A stretch of DNA of 64,000 nt, taken from sequence record LC739534.1; one strand, written 5' to 3'. Below, in pieces: positions 17,818-26,317 of the stretch (positions are counted from its first letter, which is position 1; every line of letters starts with the position of its first letter). The notes under the pieces are model-generated. The model was not told the origin of the DNA. It searched no databases and was given only the letters and a program-made list of their open reading frames with translations. The translations under genes were made by a program, and so were the position numbers. Source of the DNA: Escherichia phage phiWec181.

Positions 17818-18416
17818 TATTTTCTCCTATTTTGCTCGAATGTAGCTTGTGTCGGTATGTCAAACCAGTGGAAGTAACCTTTTTGTTGGGGTGCGATGCT
17901 GGTGCCAGTTGCCACAGCCAACACATCCACACTGATACCTATCTGATCATCTTCTACCGTATAATCCGAGGACCATAATTTAACAGTCAACGGTGTCTTT
18001 CCGACGAGGAAGTGAAGTCCTGCGTTTCCCCAGAGATTCACTTCAATCGCCTCGTCTTGAGATACATCTTGCTCTACTTCCTGTAGTTTGTCAAACACTT
18101 TCTGCACATCTTTTGGGTTAAGACGGATACTGTGCAGATAGTCAAACATGTTCACAAAATCTTGTGCTCGTTTTGTGTTTTTGGATACAGGATGAAGACA
18201 GTGTGGCACTAACGGCGACACACGAATATACCCTCCATCATCGTACCAACGCACAATAAACACGTCTCGACTTGGCTGACGATCTTTTGCTAAGATCGTA
18301 ACTTCTTGACCCTCTTCAATAGATGGGTAGTCTGGATCATACGCTGATGCACCATAGACCAAAGCTACGTGTCCAACATCCAAAGGTGTTTTTCCGTCCC
18401 AATAATTTGTTTCCAT
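17817..18416 (-). CDS. hypothetical protein (199 aa)
   Basis: SD AGGAGGGG upstream. Confidence 0.55.
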   Translation of the reverse strand: METNYWDGKTPLDVGHVALVYGASAYDPDYPSIEEGQEVTILAKDRQPSRDVFIVRWYDDGGYIRVSPLVPHCLHPVSKNTKRAQDFVNMFDYLHSIRLNPKDVQKVFDKLQEVEQDVSQDEAIEVNLWGNAGLHFLVGKTPLTVKLWSSDYTVEDDQIGISVDVLAVATGTSIAPQQKGYFHWFDIPTQATFEQNRRK

Positions 18417-18425
18417 TTTCCCCTC

Positions 18426-18689
18426 CTAAATAAGATCTGTGAAGTAGTGAATAACTTCAATATTATGGAAAAGCGTTTTACGCTCTTTTGTGTATTCTGT
18501 TGTCGTGACAGTTACCTTCGCCACCCCAAAATCTTTCATAGGGAACGTGGGTGCCTCTTTCAGGATATTATGTACTGTTTGGATGGCTTCAAATTCTGTC
18601 TCCCAGTAACTGAAGTAACCTTCGTCATCCGTGACGAGATTCTTGCCTTCCAAGTTCACGAAACAATAAAACTCTCGCGGTGTTGTCAT
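18426..18689 (-). CDS. hypothetical protein (87 aa)
   Basis: SD GAAGGTGG upstream; ATGA overlap with upstream small ORF. Confidence 0.5.
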   Translation of the reverse strand: MTTPREFYCFVNLEGKNLVTDDEGYFSYWETEFEAIQTVHNILKEAPTFPMKDFGVAKVTVTTTEYTKERKTLFHNIEVIHYFTDLI

Positions 18690-18844
18690 TCCACCTTCTC
18701 CAAAGCTTTCTTGAAGAATGTAGCATGTAACAGATGGCCCTCTGTATCAAACCATGTCACTTTACAGGAGTCCCCGTAGTCCTCTGTGACGGTCATGATA
18801 ACAGCTTCCCCACGTAAGGTTACAACATCGCCTACTGTAATCAT
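18686..18844 (-). CDS. small protein (52 aa)
   Basis: SD CCGGAGGA upstream; ATGA overlaps at both ends; not in ORF track. Confidence 0.4.
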   Translation of the reverse strand: MITVGDVVTLRGEAVIMTVTEDYGDSCKVTWFDTEGHLLHATFFKKALEKVE

Positions 18845-19287
18845 AAATCCTCCGGTGTACCAGCACGTAAAGCAGCTAAAGGTTCGGCTACAGCTTCCAG
18901 GGCGGCTTCAATTTGATCTTCAATCACATCACGAACCATTGCAATACGCTCATCAATATGCACAACGAAAGCATCGCTATAAGCACCAACTAACGTATTG
19001 TAAAATGTTTCTTGTGCGCTTAACGCGCCGCTAAGAATGAAATTACGTTGATCTTCAGGTAGTTGTTGGTGCTCTTCATATTTGGCAAACGTTTCACGGT
19101 TGATTTCCAACAGAGTCCCCATCATAAGGTCAAACTGCAAATCTTTGTCCGAGGGATTTCCCATTACAATGGTATTGTAAATGTTCAGCAAGCTGGTGCT
19201 AACACGAGCATTGTTTTCTACACCTTCCATCTGACGGAAAATAGTTAACACATCAATAGTTTCTTCAATCTTTTCGTTTTGGTTCAT
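18841..19287 (-). CDS. hypothetical protein (148 aa)
   Basis: SD AGAGGAGAA upstream. Confidence 0.55.
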   Translation of the reverse strand: MNQNEKIEETIDVLTIFRQMEGVENNARVSTSLLNIYNTIVMGNPSDKDLQFDLMMGTLLEINRETFAKYEEHQQLPEDQRNFILSGALSAQETFYNTLVGAYSDAFVVHIDERIAMVRDVIEDQIEAALEAVAEPLAALRAGTPEDL

Positions 19288-19459
19288 ATACGTTCTCCTC
19301 TATTATTGGAAGATATCCTGTAGTTTTACAGGGATTGCACTCATAAAGCTGGCCTACATCAACCATAACGTAGCCTAAACCTCCACAATATGGACACTCC
19401 ATAGGGGTACAAGGTACAGGTGTTGTTACGGTTACATCCACAACACGGGCAATTCTCAT
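19265..19459 (-). CDS. small Cys-rich protein (64 aa), putative zinc-binding
   Basis: CPYCGG...CNPC Cys pairs; SD AGGAGA upstream of ATG 19459. Confidence 0.45.
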   Translation of the reverse strand: MRIARVVDVTVTTPVPCTPMECPYCGGLGYVMVDVGQLYECNPCKTTGYLPIIEENVYEPKRKD

Positions 19460-19683
19460 TCCCATTCTCCTATAAGCTGGGGATTCAAGGCGAATTGTGA
19501 CATACGTTCAGTGGGAGAGTATAAGTACGGAGGTGTAATTTGCTCCAGCACCTTAGCTGCACGTACTTCATCTTCCACATCAATATGGAAACCACGTTCC
19601 ATAGTTAATACGCCATGATCATTAAGAAGGAATAGAGATTCTACTCCATCTACCTTATCAATTGCAACATAAAGTTTAGTCAT
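19456..19683 (-). CDS. small protein, paralog family H
   Basis: SD GGAGAT upstream of ATG 19683; C-terminus FALNPQLIGEWE matches next gene. Confidence 0.45.
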   Translation of the reverse strand: MTKLYVAIDKVDGVESLFLLNDHGVLTMERGFHIDVEDEVRAAKVLEQITPPYLYSPTERMSQFALNPQLIGEWE

Positions 19684-19693
19684 ATTATCTCCA

Positions 19694-19909
19694 TTACCAT
19701 TCGGCAATCAGTTGAGGTTTGACAGCAAAAGCTTGAAAGGTTGTAATATCATAAAGAAAGACATTAGTCGCCTCTTTCAGCTTAGTTGTCATGCCAGCCT
19801 TAGTTTCTCCGTTCCACGGGAAGATAGCAACACCTTGCTCTCCAACTAACCACCAGTGGTAATTGCCGTCACGAAGATCTTTTGCTTTATAAAGATAATT
19901 AGTAATCAT
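19694..19909 (-). CDS. small protein, paralog family H
   Basis: C-terminus FAVKPQLIAEW; start set at ATG 19909 (SD GGGAGA) rather than ORF-track 19999. Confidence 0.4.
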   Translation of the reverse strand: MITNYLYKAKDLRDGNYHWWLVGEQGVAIFPWNGETKAGMTTKLKEATNVFLYDITTFQAFAVKPQLIAEW

Positions 19910-20072
19910 TGCCACGTTTCTCCCATCTTTGCATCGCCTGTAACCAGCCCTCGGCTCTTTCCCTGGTTTCGAAGTAGACAGGAATACCCGTCCCTGCAAA
20001 TGTGACCCACCAAGTGAAGATCCACCAACCTGTTTTTATGCGATATCCTGTTTCATATTCGACCACTTTCAT
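19899..20072 (-). CDS. small Trp-rich protein (57 aa)
   Basis: MKVVEYETGYRIKTGWWIFTWW...; SD AAAGGTGA upstream; explains the N-terminal part of track ORF 19694..19999 in another frame. Confidence 0.4.
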   Translation of the reverse strand: MKVVEYETGYRIKTGWWIFTWWVTFAGTGIPVYFETRERAEGWLQAMQRWEKRGNDY

Positions 20073-20094
20073 GAGTCACCTTTAAAATCGTCTC

Positions 20095-20124
20095 ACTATA
20101 TCATTTACTATGTGTGTCTGTCAA
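20095..20124 (-). promoter_or_regulatory. sigma70-type promoter
   Basis: Minus strand TTGACA, 18-nt spacer, TATAGT; A-tract upstream. Confidence 0.4.
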
Positions 20125-20262
20125 GTTTTTCTTAGGGAAGAAGAGATCACAATAATGAATGTAGAAAAGTTCCACCAAAACCTCATCCTTGTACGACAAA
20201 CACTGCTCATCCTATTATTTTACATTAAAGCTTGGATAACAACCATCAGACAAATCTTAGTA

Positions 20263-20427
20263 TCATCTTATGGCTACAAGATAGAAACATAGAACACATC
20301 CAACCACACTTACTAAGAAACTGACATAAACAACAAACCTGTTATCGTCCACAATAGCCACAGCTAATGCGGCAGATGTTATCAGGAAAAGAACCATCAA
20401 CAGAATATCCCTGTTTACTGCATCCAT
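20263..20427 (-). CDS. small membrane protein (54 aa)
   Basis: Hydrophobic MDAVNRDILLMVLFLITSAALAVAIV...; strong SD AGGAGGTG upstream; not in ORF track. Confidence 0.45.
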   Translation of the reverse strand: MDAVNRDILLMVLFLITSAALAVAIVDDNRFVVYVSFLVSVVGCVLCFYLVAIR

Positions 20428-20556
20428 AGACACCTCCTCTTGTTAGTTACAGAGAGTATAATACCGGAACGTTACGATTACAACTACGAAGAACGGGTGA
20501 TTTTTGATTGATAGGTAGGACTTATCTGAAAGGAATAATTGATAGGGAACGCTGTA

Positions 20557-20585
20557 TTGACTTTTGCGAAAAAACATGCTACCCT
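20557..20585 (+). promoter_or_regulatory. promoter-like element, extended -10 type (TTGACT N17 TGcTACCCT), copy 1
   Basis: Nearly identical element recurs at 61274..61303; on + strand inside a minus-gene block, followed by homologous structured sequence. Confidence 0.35.
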
Positions 20586-20714
20586 AAACATATGTTTACG
20601 AGCGATAGCGAGTAGTGATTTCTATAGTATTATTGCATGTTACTCACGATAGGGAGTAAGCAATGTTAGTGAGGTAGACAGACTATGATCAACCATCTAC
20701 CTACTAACTATCTA

Positions 20715-20915
20715 TTACTCAGAGAAGGTACATTCGAGTACAGTCCAGACTAATATTACAGTCCAAGATGCTAACAGTATCCTGAAGATAGTCCACCAAC
20801 TAAACACATCTACCGTAATCCAGTGTCCAGCTACCAGTGATCCTGCTAACCAACCTCCTACAACAGTGATAACCCAAAGAATAAAACCTATCAAAGAAAA
20901 CGTAGCAAGTTTCAT
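20715..20915 (-). CDS. small membrane protein (66 aa)
   Basis: Two hydrophobic segments rich in Trp; SD AGAGGAGAAG upstream. Confidence 0.55.
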   Translation of the reverse strand: MKLATFSLIGFILWVITVVGGWLAGSLVAGHWITVDVFSWWTIFRILLASWTVILVWTVLECTFSE

Positions 20916-21196
20916 TAGACTTCTCCTCTATAAAGTTTATCTTCTCTTCTAACTTCAATCTTACACTCTTTGTCTACCACAATCAAGACTGAACATGAGT
21001 AATATCCTTCTGCAACAGTCTCGATCTGTTCTTCCAGATCCTTCGTCAATTCCTCTCCCATGAGATAGAAGGCAAACTTCGTGCAATGTAATAACTCTTC
21101 CTTGAAGTTAACCATCTTGTAGATGTTCATCCCAGTCTTATGTTCATCTACTGTCCAACCACTTGATCGAAGTCTGACTGCTGCGTTATGTCTCAT
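20915..21196 (-). CDS. hypothetical protein (93 aa)
   Basis: ATG overlaps stop of upstream small ORF (ATGA coupling). Confidence 0.45.
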   Translation of the reverse strand: MRHNAAVRLRSSGWTVDEHKTGMNIYKMVNFKEELLHCTKFAFYLMGEELTKDLEEQIETVAEGYYSCSVLIVVDKECKIEVRREDKLYRGEV

Positions 21197-21336
21197 CGTC
21201 CGTTACCATTCAATTGATCACGTAGCTTTTCTGCATCTCGTTTCTGTGGGAACGTGGCAACAGAGACATTGAATTCATTAACAACAGAAAAGGACTTGTC
21301 CAGGTTTTCACGGATAGTAAAAGGTTTCTTGCTCAT
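21193..21336 (-). CDS. small protein (47 aa)
   Basis: MSKKPFTIRENLDKSF...; SD GGAGGGAGA upstream; ATGA overlaps at both ends; not in ORF track. Confidence 0.4.
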   Translation of the reverse strand: MSKKPFTIRENLDKSFSVVNEFNVSVATFPQKRDAEKLRDQLNGNGR

Positions 21337-21686
21337 AATCTCCCTCCATCTTTAAGACGATTTTTAACCCAGCGTAGACGATCTGGATCTGTGTGTTGTG
21401 AAGCGTTTTCCGAATCCAGTAAATAAGCCTTTCTTCCGAACGGATAGGTTTCACATAACCCTGCTTCAATAAACTGATTATACATCTCTTTCATAGTGTT
21501 TTCGATTAAATACCAGTTACCTTCTGGAAGGTCTAAATCATACAACCAATACTCAAGATTACCACACAACCCTACAGAAGAGCTAAACACGTCTTCCATA
21601 ACAAGGCCCGTCTCGTCTCCATTTTCAGCCCAAGATAACCAAGCCTGATAAAAATCTAAAAGTAATTTACTTGATGCAATCTTCAT
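21333..21686 (-). CDS. paralog family A member
   Basis: Family pattern L..FY..WL.W...GLC...PF(N/G)...RL.WVK.R; SD AGGAGAG upstream of ATG 21686. Confidence 0.6.
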   Translation of the reverse strand: MKIASSKLLLDFYQAWLSWAENGDETGLVMEDVFSSSVGLCGNLEYWLYDLDLPEGNWYLIENTMKEMYNQFIEAGLCETYPFGRKAYLLDSENASQHTDPDRLRWVKNRLKDGGRL

Positions 21687-21688
21687 GC

Positions 21689-21874
21689 TCACTCTCCTAC
21701 ACTTTCTGGTGTGCCATCCCAAGCACCTAAGACTTCTTTCAGGTGTGCACGGGGTTCTTTAAAATACTCCTCCATTTTATCCAGAAGATCGTCTGTGTTT
21801 GGGCTGTATCCCAACATCCCACGTAAAACTCTTTCTTCTTGCAAGACCAACCATCTATGATAGCTTCGAATCAT
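21689..21874 (-). CDS. small protein (61 aa)
   Basis: SD GGAGG upstream of ATG 21874; ORF-track start 22006 lacks SD. Confidence 0.4.
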   Translation of the reverse strand: MIRSYHRWLVLQEERVLRGMLGYSPNTDDLLDKMEEYFKEPRAHLKEVLGAWDGTPESVGE

Positions 21875-22289
21875 AATATTCCTCCAAGAGTTTCTCAATT
21901 CTCTGAACGGTCTTAGTATCCCAATAAACCTTATTAAAGTCAAGTGTTCCATGTGCATTTCTTTTTGTTTCGAAGTAATAACCACCTTCCCGCTCCAAGC
22001 GATCACGGATCACTTCTATAAGATGATCCTTACCTATCTGCGTCAAACAATAATCATACTCTCCTTTTAAGAGATCTATAGAAGGTTGACGGTTATCTCC
22101 AACCTGGGAAATCTTCCAATTTACCAATGATCCTTGTATACCAACGTCTGTCTGCTTCACAGCGAAGCCTTTGGCACCCCAGCTACCCAACGTTACCACT
22201 AACAGGGCTTCTCCCGTCAGAGAGCGATTAAGCGTGTCGCTTCGGGGTTCACTTAAAGTTGAAAACCATTTAAGAATCTTTTTAAACAT
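21855..22289 (-). CDS. hypothetical protein (144 aa)
   Basis: SD GAGAGGAG upstream of ATG 22289. Confidence 0.5.
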   Translation of the reverse strand: MFKKILKWFSTLSEPRSDTLNRSLTGEALLVVTLGSWGAKGFAVKQTDVGIQGSLVNWKISQVGDNRQPSIDLLKGEYDYCLTQIGKDHLIEVIRDRLEREGGYYFETKRNAHGTLDFNKVYWDTKTVQRIEKLLEEYYDSKLS

Positions 22290-22309
22290 TATATGCTCCT
22301 CTCGTTCAA

Positions 22310-22344
22310 CATGCACAAACAATAACACCCTCCAAAGAGGGTGT
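22310..22344 (-). terminator. putative rho-independent terminator
   Basis: ACACCCTC-TTTG-GAGGGTGT hairpin followed by T-rich run on minus strand. Confidence 0.45.
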
Positions 22345-22350
22345 CAATGA

Positions 22351-22560
22351 TTAATCGATCACAAAAAACGTAGCGTTCAAACGTCTGAATGTCGCAGGGC
22401 TATATCCATGATCACACTCTTCAATGAACTGATCTGTAGTCTGATCGTAACTATAATACTGATCATTTTGGAAATGGAAGGACGCACAGAACAAATCATT
22501 TCCTACAGTCCACACTGCCACAAAATTCTTACCGAACGGATAACCTTCAGCTACTTTCAT
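22351..22560 (-). CDS. hypothetical protein (69 aa)
   Basis: SD AGAGGAGGGAGA upstream of ATG 22560. Confidence 0.45.
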   Translation of the reverse strand: MKVAEGYPFGKNFVAVWTVGNDLFCASFHFQNDQYYSYDQTTDQFIEECDHGYSPATFRRLNATFFVID

Positions 22561-22571
22561 TCTCCCTCCTC

Positions 22572-22841
22572 TTACCAAGAAACATACATAGAATACACAA
22601 AATCATTGCAGTCTGTCGTAAACGTCGCACTGCAACCTTGAGATCTGAATTTATCACAAATCCCGCGTACAATCGAAGCTTGTAGTTCTTTACCTTTCGG
22701 TAGACCTAAAGCTTTTACTGGGTTCTGAATCGTCGTGCTGTAGTAACCCCCTTCTGCTGCCGTTGTAATGAGGATTTCTGCTCGTTTGATATATTCAAAG
22801 TTCACAGAGTCAGCCAAAGCGTGTAAAGAATATGCATCCAT
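22572..22841 (-). CDS. hypothetical protein (89 aa)
   Basis: SD GAGGAGG upstream. Confidence 0.5.
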   Translation of the reverse strand: MDAYSLHALADSVNFEYIKRAEILITTAAEGGYYSTTIQNPVKALGLPKGKELQASIVRGICDKFRSQGCSATFTTDCNDFVYSMYVSW

Positions 22842-22851
22842 TATAACCTCC

Positions 22852-23187
22852 TCAAGAACGATCGAGTTTCATTAAAAATACAATCATAGCTGCACGCAGT
22901 GGTTTATCGTCTTCACGGGACGGTACACCTTCTGTCTTCGCAAGCCAACCGCGAGGAAAACCATCTTCCCCTGTTACAGGGCTGATACAAATCCTATGTT
23001 TTACTATGATAGCCCAAGCATCTGCTGGATCATTGCAGTAATCATACCAAGTGTAATTGCCGTTGCAGTCATTCCCCACTGATCGTCCATCTGCATTGTG
23101 CGGATAACCTAAAGGCTTGACACCGTGGACTGCTGCAAACACACGCTTGTTGATTTCAAAATCACTCATTACTCCATATTCTGTCAT
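22852..23187 (-). CDS. hypothetical protein (111 aa)
   Basis: SD AAGGAGAAAG upstream. Confidence 0.5.
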   Translation of the reverse strand: MTEYGVMSDFEINKRVFAAVHGVKPLGYPHNADGRSVGNDCNGNYTWYDYCNDPADAWAIIVKHRICISPVTGEDGFPRGWLAKTEGVPSREDDKPLRAAMIVFLMKLDRS

Positions 23188-23513
23188 GCTTTCTCCTTAT
23201 CTTTGGATACTGGAAGGATATTGATCATAACAACCCCATCATATCCGTAGGTATCGTTGATTGTAGTTTCAACTTCACGTATGTCGGCTAAAGATGGAGG
23301 CCAATCTGTGAATTGCACATCAATATTACCTGTCCCGATAAAATTACCTTCTTCTGGTCTGTAGTTGTATACAAACACAGCATCGTAACGAAACTCCTTC
23401 TGTTTGTTACGCTTCTTAAAAGTGCGGTCTAAGGCATAGATGCTTCCTATGACACATACCGCTACAGCAACAACAACAATGTTAAAATAGAGTTCTTGTA
23501 AAATTGCGCTCAT
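23184..23513 (-). CDS. membrane-anchored protein (109 aa)
   Basis: N-terminal hydrophobic segment NIVVVAVAVCVIGSIYAL; SD AAAGGGGG upstream. Confidence 0.5.
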   Translation of the reverse strand: MSAILQELYFNIVVVAVAVCVIGSIYALDRTFKKRNKQKEFRYDAVFVYNYRPEEGNFIGTGNIDVQFTDWPPSLADIREVETTINDTYGYDGVVMINILPVSKDKEKA

Positions 23514-23515
23514 TG

Positions 23516-23845
23516 TTATTTACCCCCTTTCAGTTTTGATTTAACCCATGCCAACCGTTCTTTGTTCATATGTTGCGTGCCGTGCTCATAATCCTGCATA
23601 TAAGCTAAGTCACCAAATGGGTACAAGGTGTCTTGGAAATCTTTGAAAAGCATCTCTGCAAATGCTTCGTTAACTTCGTCAATTTCTTTTAATGAAAACC
23701 CTTGTTCCAGTAACCAGTAAGACAAAGAGTCGCAAAGCCTAACAAGTGTGCTGAAAGGTTTGACATTCTCTCTTTTCGGAGCCACTTTAGCCCAGGCTAA
23801 CCATGCCTTAAGAAATTGTTGGATAATCACTTCGTTCTTTGTCAT
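23516..23845 (-). CDS. paralog family A member
   Basis: Family A pattern (FLKAWLAW...YPFG...RLAWVKSKL); SD AGGAG upstream of ATG 23845. Confidence 0.6.
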   Translation of the reverse strand: MTKNEVIIQQFLKAWLAWAKVAPKRENVKPFSTLVRLCDSLSYWLLEQGFSLKEIDEVNEAFAEMLFKDFQDTLYPFGDLAYMQDYEHGTQHMNKERLAWVKSKLKGGK

Positions 23846-23853
23846 TTTAGCTC

Positions 23854-24528
23854 CTATTTGATGTTCAGTTTGTTGAGCAGACGTTGAACCGTATAAGGGT
23901 GCCATGTGGTACTGCCACGAACGGTTTCAATTTTCTCTTCAGTAAAGATCTCTGCAATTCGAGTCAGAGATGCTCCTGCTTTCCTCATTAACGTCACTTT
24001 ATCACGAAGCTTCTCTGCATACAAGACACTTTTATCATTTTTTCGAGGTTGTTTGTAGTCTTGACGTGATTCTTTATACTTAGGGGAAGCAGATCCTAAA
24101 AGAACTCCTTTGCTCTTAGCTACTGCCAAACCTTTTTTGATACGATCTGCCATACCGCGAACTTCCTGTTCGGCGAGAACAGATAAAAGCTGGATAACCA
24201 TCTTATCCGCATCTGGCATAATGGCGATCTTAACGTCGATCATTTCCAGCAAGATTGCTACCGAGGCGTTGTTACGACCTAAACGGTCCACTTTAGCTAC
24301 CAGGAGGGTTGCTCCGGTAGCTTTACACATCTCAACAGCCTTGACAAGTTCTTTACGTTGCTTCCAGTCACCTTTACCTGAATAGAATTCAGAAAACTCT
24401 CCGATCACTTCAGCCTCCGGCACAGACTCCAAGAAGTAACGGATATCGTTCTCCTGACTCTGCATACCATACTGGGCTTCGCCTTTCTTCTGTTTGGACA
24501 AACGGCTGTAAACAACAAACTTTTTCAT
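23854..24528 (-). CDS. serine recombinase (resolvase/invertase family)
   Basis: N-terminal VVYSRLS...Q with catalytic Ser, VDRLGR motif, C-terminal HTH-like SLTRIAEIF; SD GAGGAG 6 nt upstream of ATG 24528. Confidence 0.7.
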   Translation of the reverse strand: MKKFVVYSRLSKQKKGEAQYGMQSQENDIRYFLESVPEAEVIGEFSEFYSGKGDWKQRKELVKAVEMCKATGATLLVAKVDRLGRNNASVAILLEMIDVKIAIMPDADKMVIQLLSVLAEQEVRGMADRIKKGLAVAKSKGVLLGSASPKYKESRQDYKQPRKNDKSVLYAEKLRDKVTLMRKAGASLTRIAEIFTEEKIETVRGSTTWHPYTVQRLLNKLNIK

Positions 24529-24538
24529 GATCAACTCC

Positions 24539-24745
24539 TCAATCGTTATTAGGCTTCCATTTTACAAACTTGAAGCAGTTATTGTCAAGGAATTTATTGG
24601 CATCTTTTTCCTGTTTCCAAACGGTGCATTGTTCTTTAAGGGCTATCTGTTCATTCTGCACATCTGATACCACATCAGCAAGGAGGATCAGAAATCCCAA
24701 AAAGACCAACATCAATAACAGATTAAAGAAAGTTTGAAAACTCAT
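24539..24745 (-). CDS. small membrane protein (68 aa)
   Basis: Hydrophobic FNLLLMLVFLGFLILL; SD GGGAGG upstream of ATG 24745. Confidence 0.45.
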   Translation of the reverse strand: MSFQTFFNLLLMLVFLGFLILLADVVSDVQNEQIALKEQCTVWKQEKDANKFLDNNCFKFVKWKPNND

Positions 24746-24996
24746 GCGTCCTCCCATTTGATCCACAGAATCATTTCTTCAACGTAAACCTCTTTACCTT
24801 TGTTATTGATGAAAGTGTATTCTATGAACTCCGCTGTATACTTTTTGTTGTATTGCTCCGCTGCTGGGATCGGACACTTTGTCATACGTGTCTCAACCCA
24901 TTGACGATGAATCGTTGCCTTGTTTTTGGGGTCAAACGGGTGTAAATAGTGTGGTTCCCCACCCTGACTTTGCCCCATCTTATTTTTCTTTGCCAT
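24742..24996 (-). CDS. hypothetical protein (84 aa)
   Basis: SD GGAGGAGG upstream of ATG 24996. Confidence 0.4.
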   Translation of the reverse strand: MAKKNKMGQSQGGEPHYLHPFDPKNKATIHRQWVETRMTKCPIPAAEQYNKKYTAEFIEYTFINNKGKEVYVEEMILWIKWEDA

Positions 24997-25324
24997 GCTG
25001 CACCTCCTCCAGACGGTCATACACCCAAGCAAGACGATCGAAGTTTTTGTGTTGGGTGCCGGACTTCTTCTCAATCCAATAACAAGGAATCCAACCTGAC
25101 AGATCCCACTCGCCATCGAACGGATAGTTCCATTCTAAACCTTCCGCTTCAAACTGCTCTACCATTTCATCAGAAAGGGAAATATACAAATCTTGGTCTT
25201 CCCCGCAATACACTTCCACTGCATGACACAAACCGCAAGCTTTGATGTTTTCGTGCGGATCTTGGCCCATAGCCTGATCCAACCACCACTCATAAAACTC
25301 CAGTAAAGCTTCACTTGATCTCAT
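24980..25324 (-). CDS. paralog family A member
   Basis: Family A pattern (LLEFYEWWL...GLC...YPFDG...RLAWVYDRL); SD GGGGAGGGGAAG upstream. Confidence 0.6.
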   Translation of the reverse strand: MRSSEALLEFYEWWLDQAMGQDPHENIKACGLCHAVEVYCGEDQDLYISLSDEMVEQFEAEGLEWNYPFDGEWDLSGWIPCYWIEKKSGTQHKNFDRLAWVYDRLEEVQHGKEK

Positions 25325-25697
25325 TTTCTTCCCCTCCCCCTTTTCCAATAAGCGGCGAAGCCGCGATCATCGACTTATAGACAACTTCGGCTGTTCGGGT
25401 TAGCCCCGTCCAGTCCTTCGCTGCCTCCAACATTTCTGGGGTAGGCTCTTTCGGGACCAAGACATACCCTTCTGGGACACACATCCCACTCTCTTTCTTT
25501 TCGGCTTCTTCCGACATAACTTGCCACACTCCATAGCTGCAATTCTCGAACAAACAATAGAGTTCAGATCCTTCATCATCCACGACAATGAAACAGTTCT
25601 CATCTGCTACTTTGGCATTATAGATCCGACCTATGGTCAAATAGTCTCGGACATTAATAAACTTAGAGGCAAGAAACTTCACACGAATGTTTTTCAT
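25311..25697 (-). CDS. hypothetical protein (128 aa)
   Basis: SD CGGAG upstream. Confidence 0.5.
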   Translation of the reverse strand: MKNIRVKFLASKFINVRDYLTIGRIYNAKVADENCFIVVDDEGSELYCLFENCSYGVWQVMSEEAEKKESGMCVPEGYVLVPKEPTPEMLEAAKDWTGLTRTAEVVYKSMIAASPLIGKGGGEENEIK

Positions 25698-25933
25698 TTC
25701 TTAAACTCCGAAAAGCAACCCAAAGAGATGACCCCGCCATTATAGACGATAGCAAACTGGCACCCTGTCTTTGTGTCTGTGATGATGTAATCTAAAGCCC
25801 CAGTCATGCCAGTTTGAACAAAGCGATCCTTGGTTACAACTTTTGAGTCCGAGAAGCCGTTAACTTTCGGCACAGTGTCTGCCATAACAGTAGGAGTCAC
25901 CAGAAACAATGCGATCAGTAATGCCTTTTTCAT
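25694..25933 (-). CDS. small secreted protein (79 aa) with signal peptide
   Basis: MKKALLIALFLVTPTVMA signal-like N-terminus; SD TGGAGGG upstream. Confidence 0.5.
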   Translation of the reverse strand: MKKALLIALFLVTPTVMADTVPKVNGFSDSKVVTKDRFVQTGMTGALDYIITDTKTGCQFAIVYNGGVISLGCFSEFKK

Positions 25934-25944
25934 AAACCCTCCAG

Positions 25945-26259
25945 TTAGCCTTGAAATGAATTGCGACGACCAATACGGGCACAGCGATCACCTTCATAAG
26001 AGGTGAAATCCAGACTCACTCGGAAGCCAGGGTGGGTATCAGAGATCCCCACATTCTTCACCCACATCTCGAAACTGCCGATATGTAAGGTCATAATGTT
26101 TACATACCATTCCAGCGTCACTTCTGTGCCGTCTACGCCTGTGATGTAGAAATCACGAGCGAAATGGGTGTCGTGCTTCTGTTTCTGACGCTCATACTTA
26201 GCGATTGCACCTTTCTCAACAGCCGCTTTCAGGATCACTTCTAACTCTTCTATTTGCAT
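25945..26259 (-). CDS. hypothetical protein (104 aa)
   Basis: SD AAAGGAGAGAGA upstream. Confidence 0.5.
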   Translation of the reverse strand: MQIEELEVILKAAVEKGAIAKYERQKQKHDTHFARDFYITGVDGTEVTLEWYVNIMTLHIGSFEMWVKNVGISDTHPGFRVSLDFTSYEGDRCARIGRRNSFQG

Positions 26260-26288
26260 GTTCTCTCTCCTTTATTGTTGATGCAACC

Positions 26289-26317
26289 ACTATAATATGT
26301 CTGACACTCTCTGTCAA
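26289..26317 (-). promoter_or_regulatory. sigma70-type promoter
   Basis: Minus strand TTGACA, 17-nt spacer, TATAGT upstream of CDS 25945..26259. Confidence 0.4.

Noticed and set aside
18369-18779. 136-aa + strand ORF
   Set aside because: Antisense to minus-strand genes 18426..18689 and 17817..18416; Cys/Phe-rich shadow frame without SD.
19694-19999. ORF-track 101-aa ORF with N-terminus MQGRVFLSTSKPGKEPRAGYRRCKDGRNVA
   Set aside because: The N-terminal 30 codons lack an SD and are low-complexity; the same DNA encodes, in another frame, a 57-aa ORF with SD and promoter (19899..20072). Split into two genes.
23854-24528. Serine recombinase as a prophage integrase, implying the window is an integrated prophage
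   Set aside because: At 224 aa it is resolvase/invertase-sized, not a large serine integrase; no att-like junctions, tRNA or host genes are seen, and the surrounding content is typical of a lytic phage.
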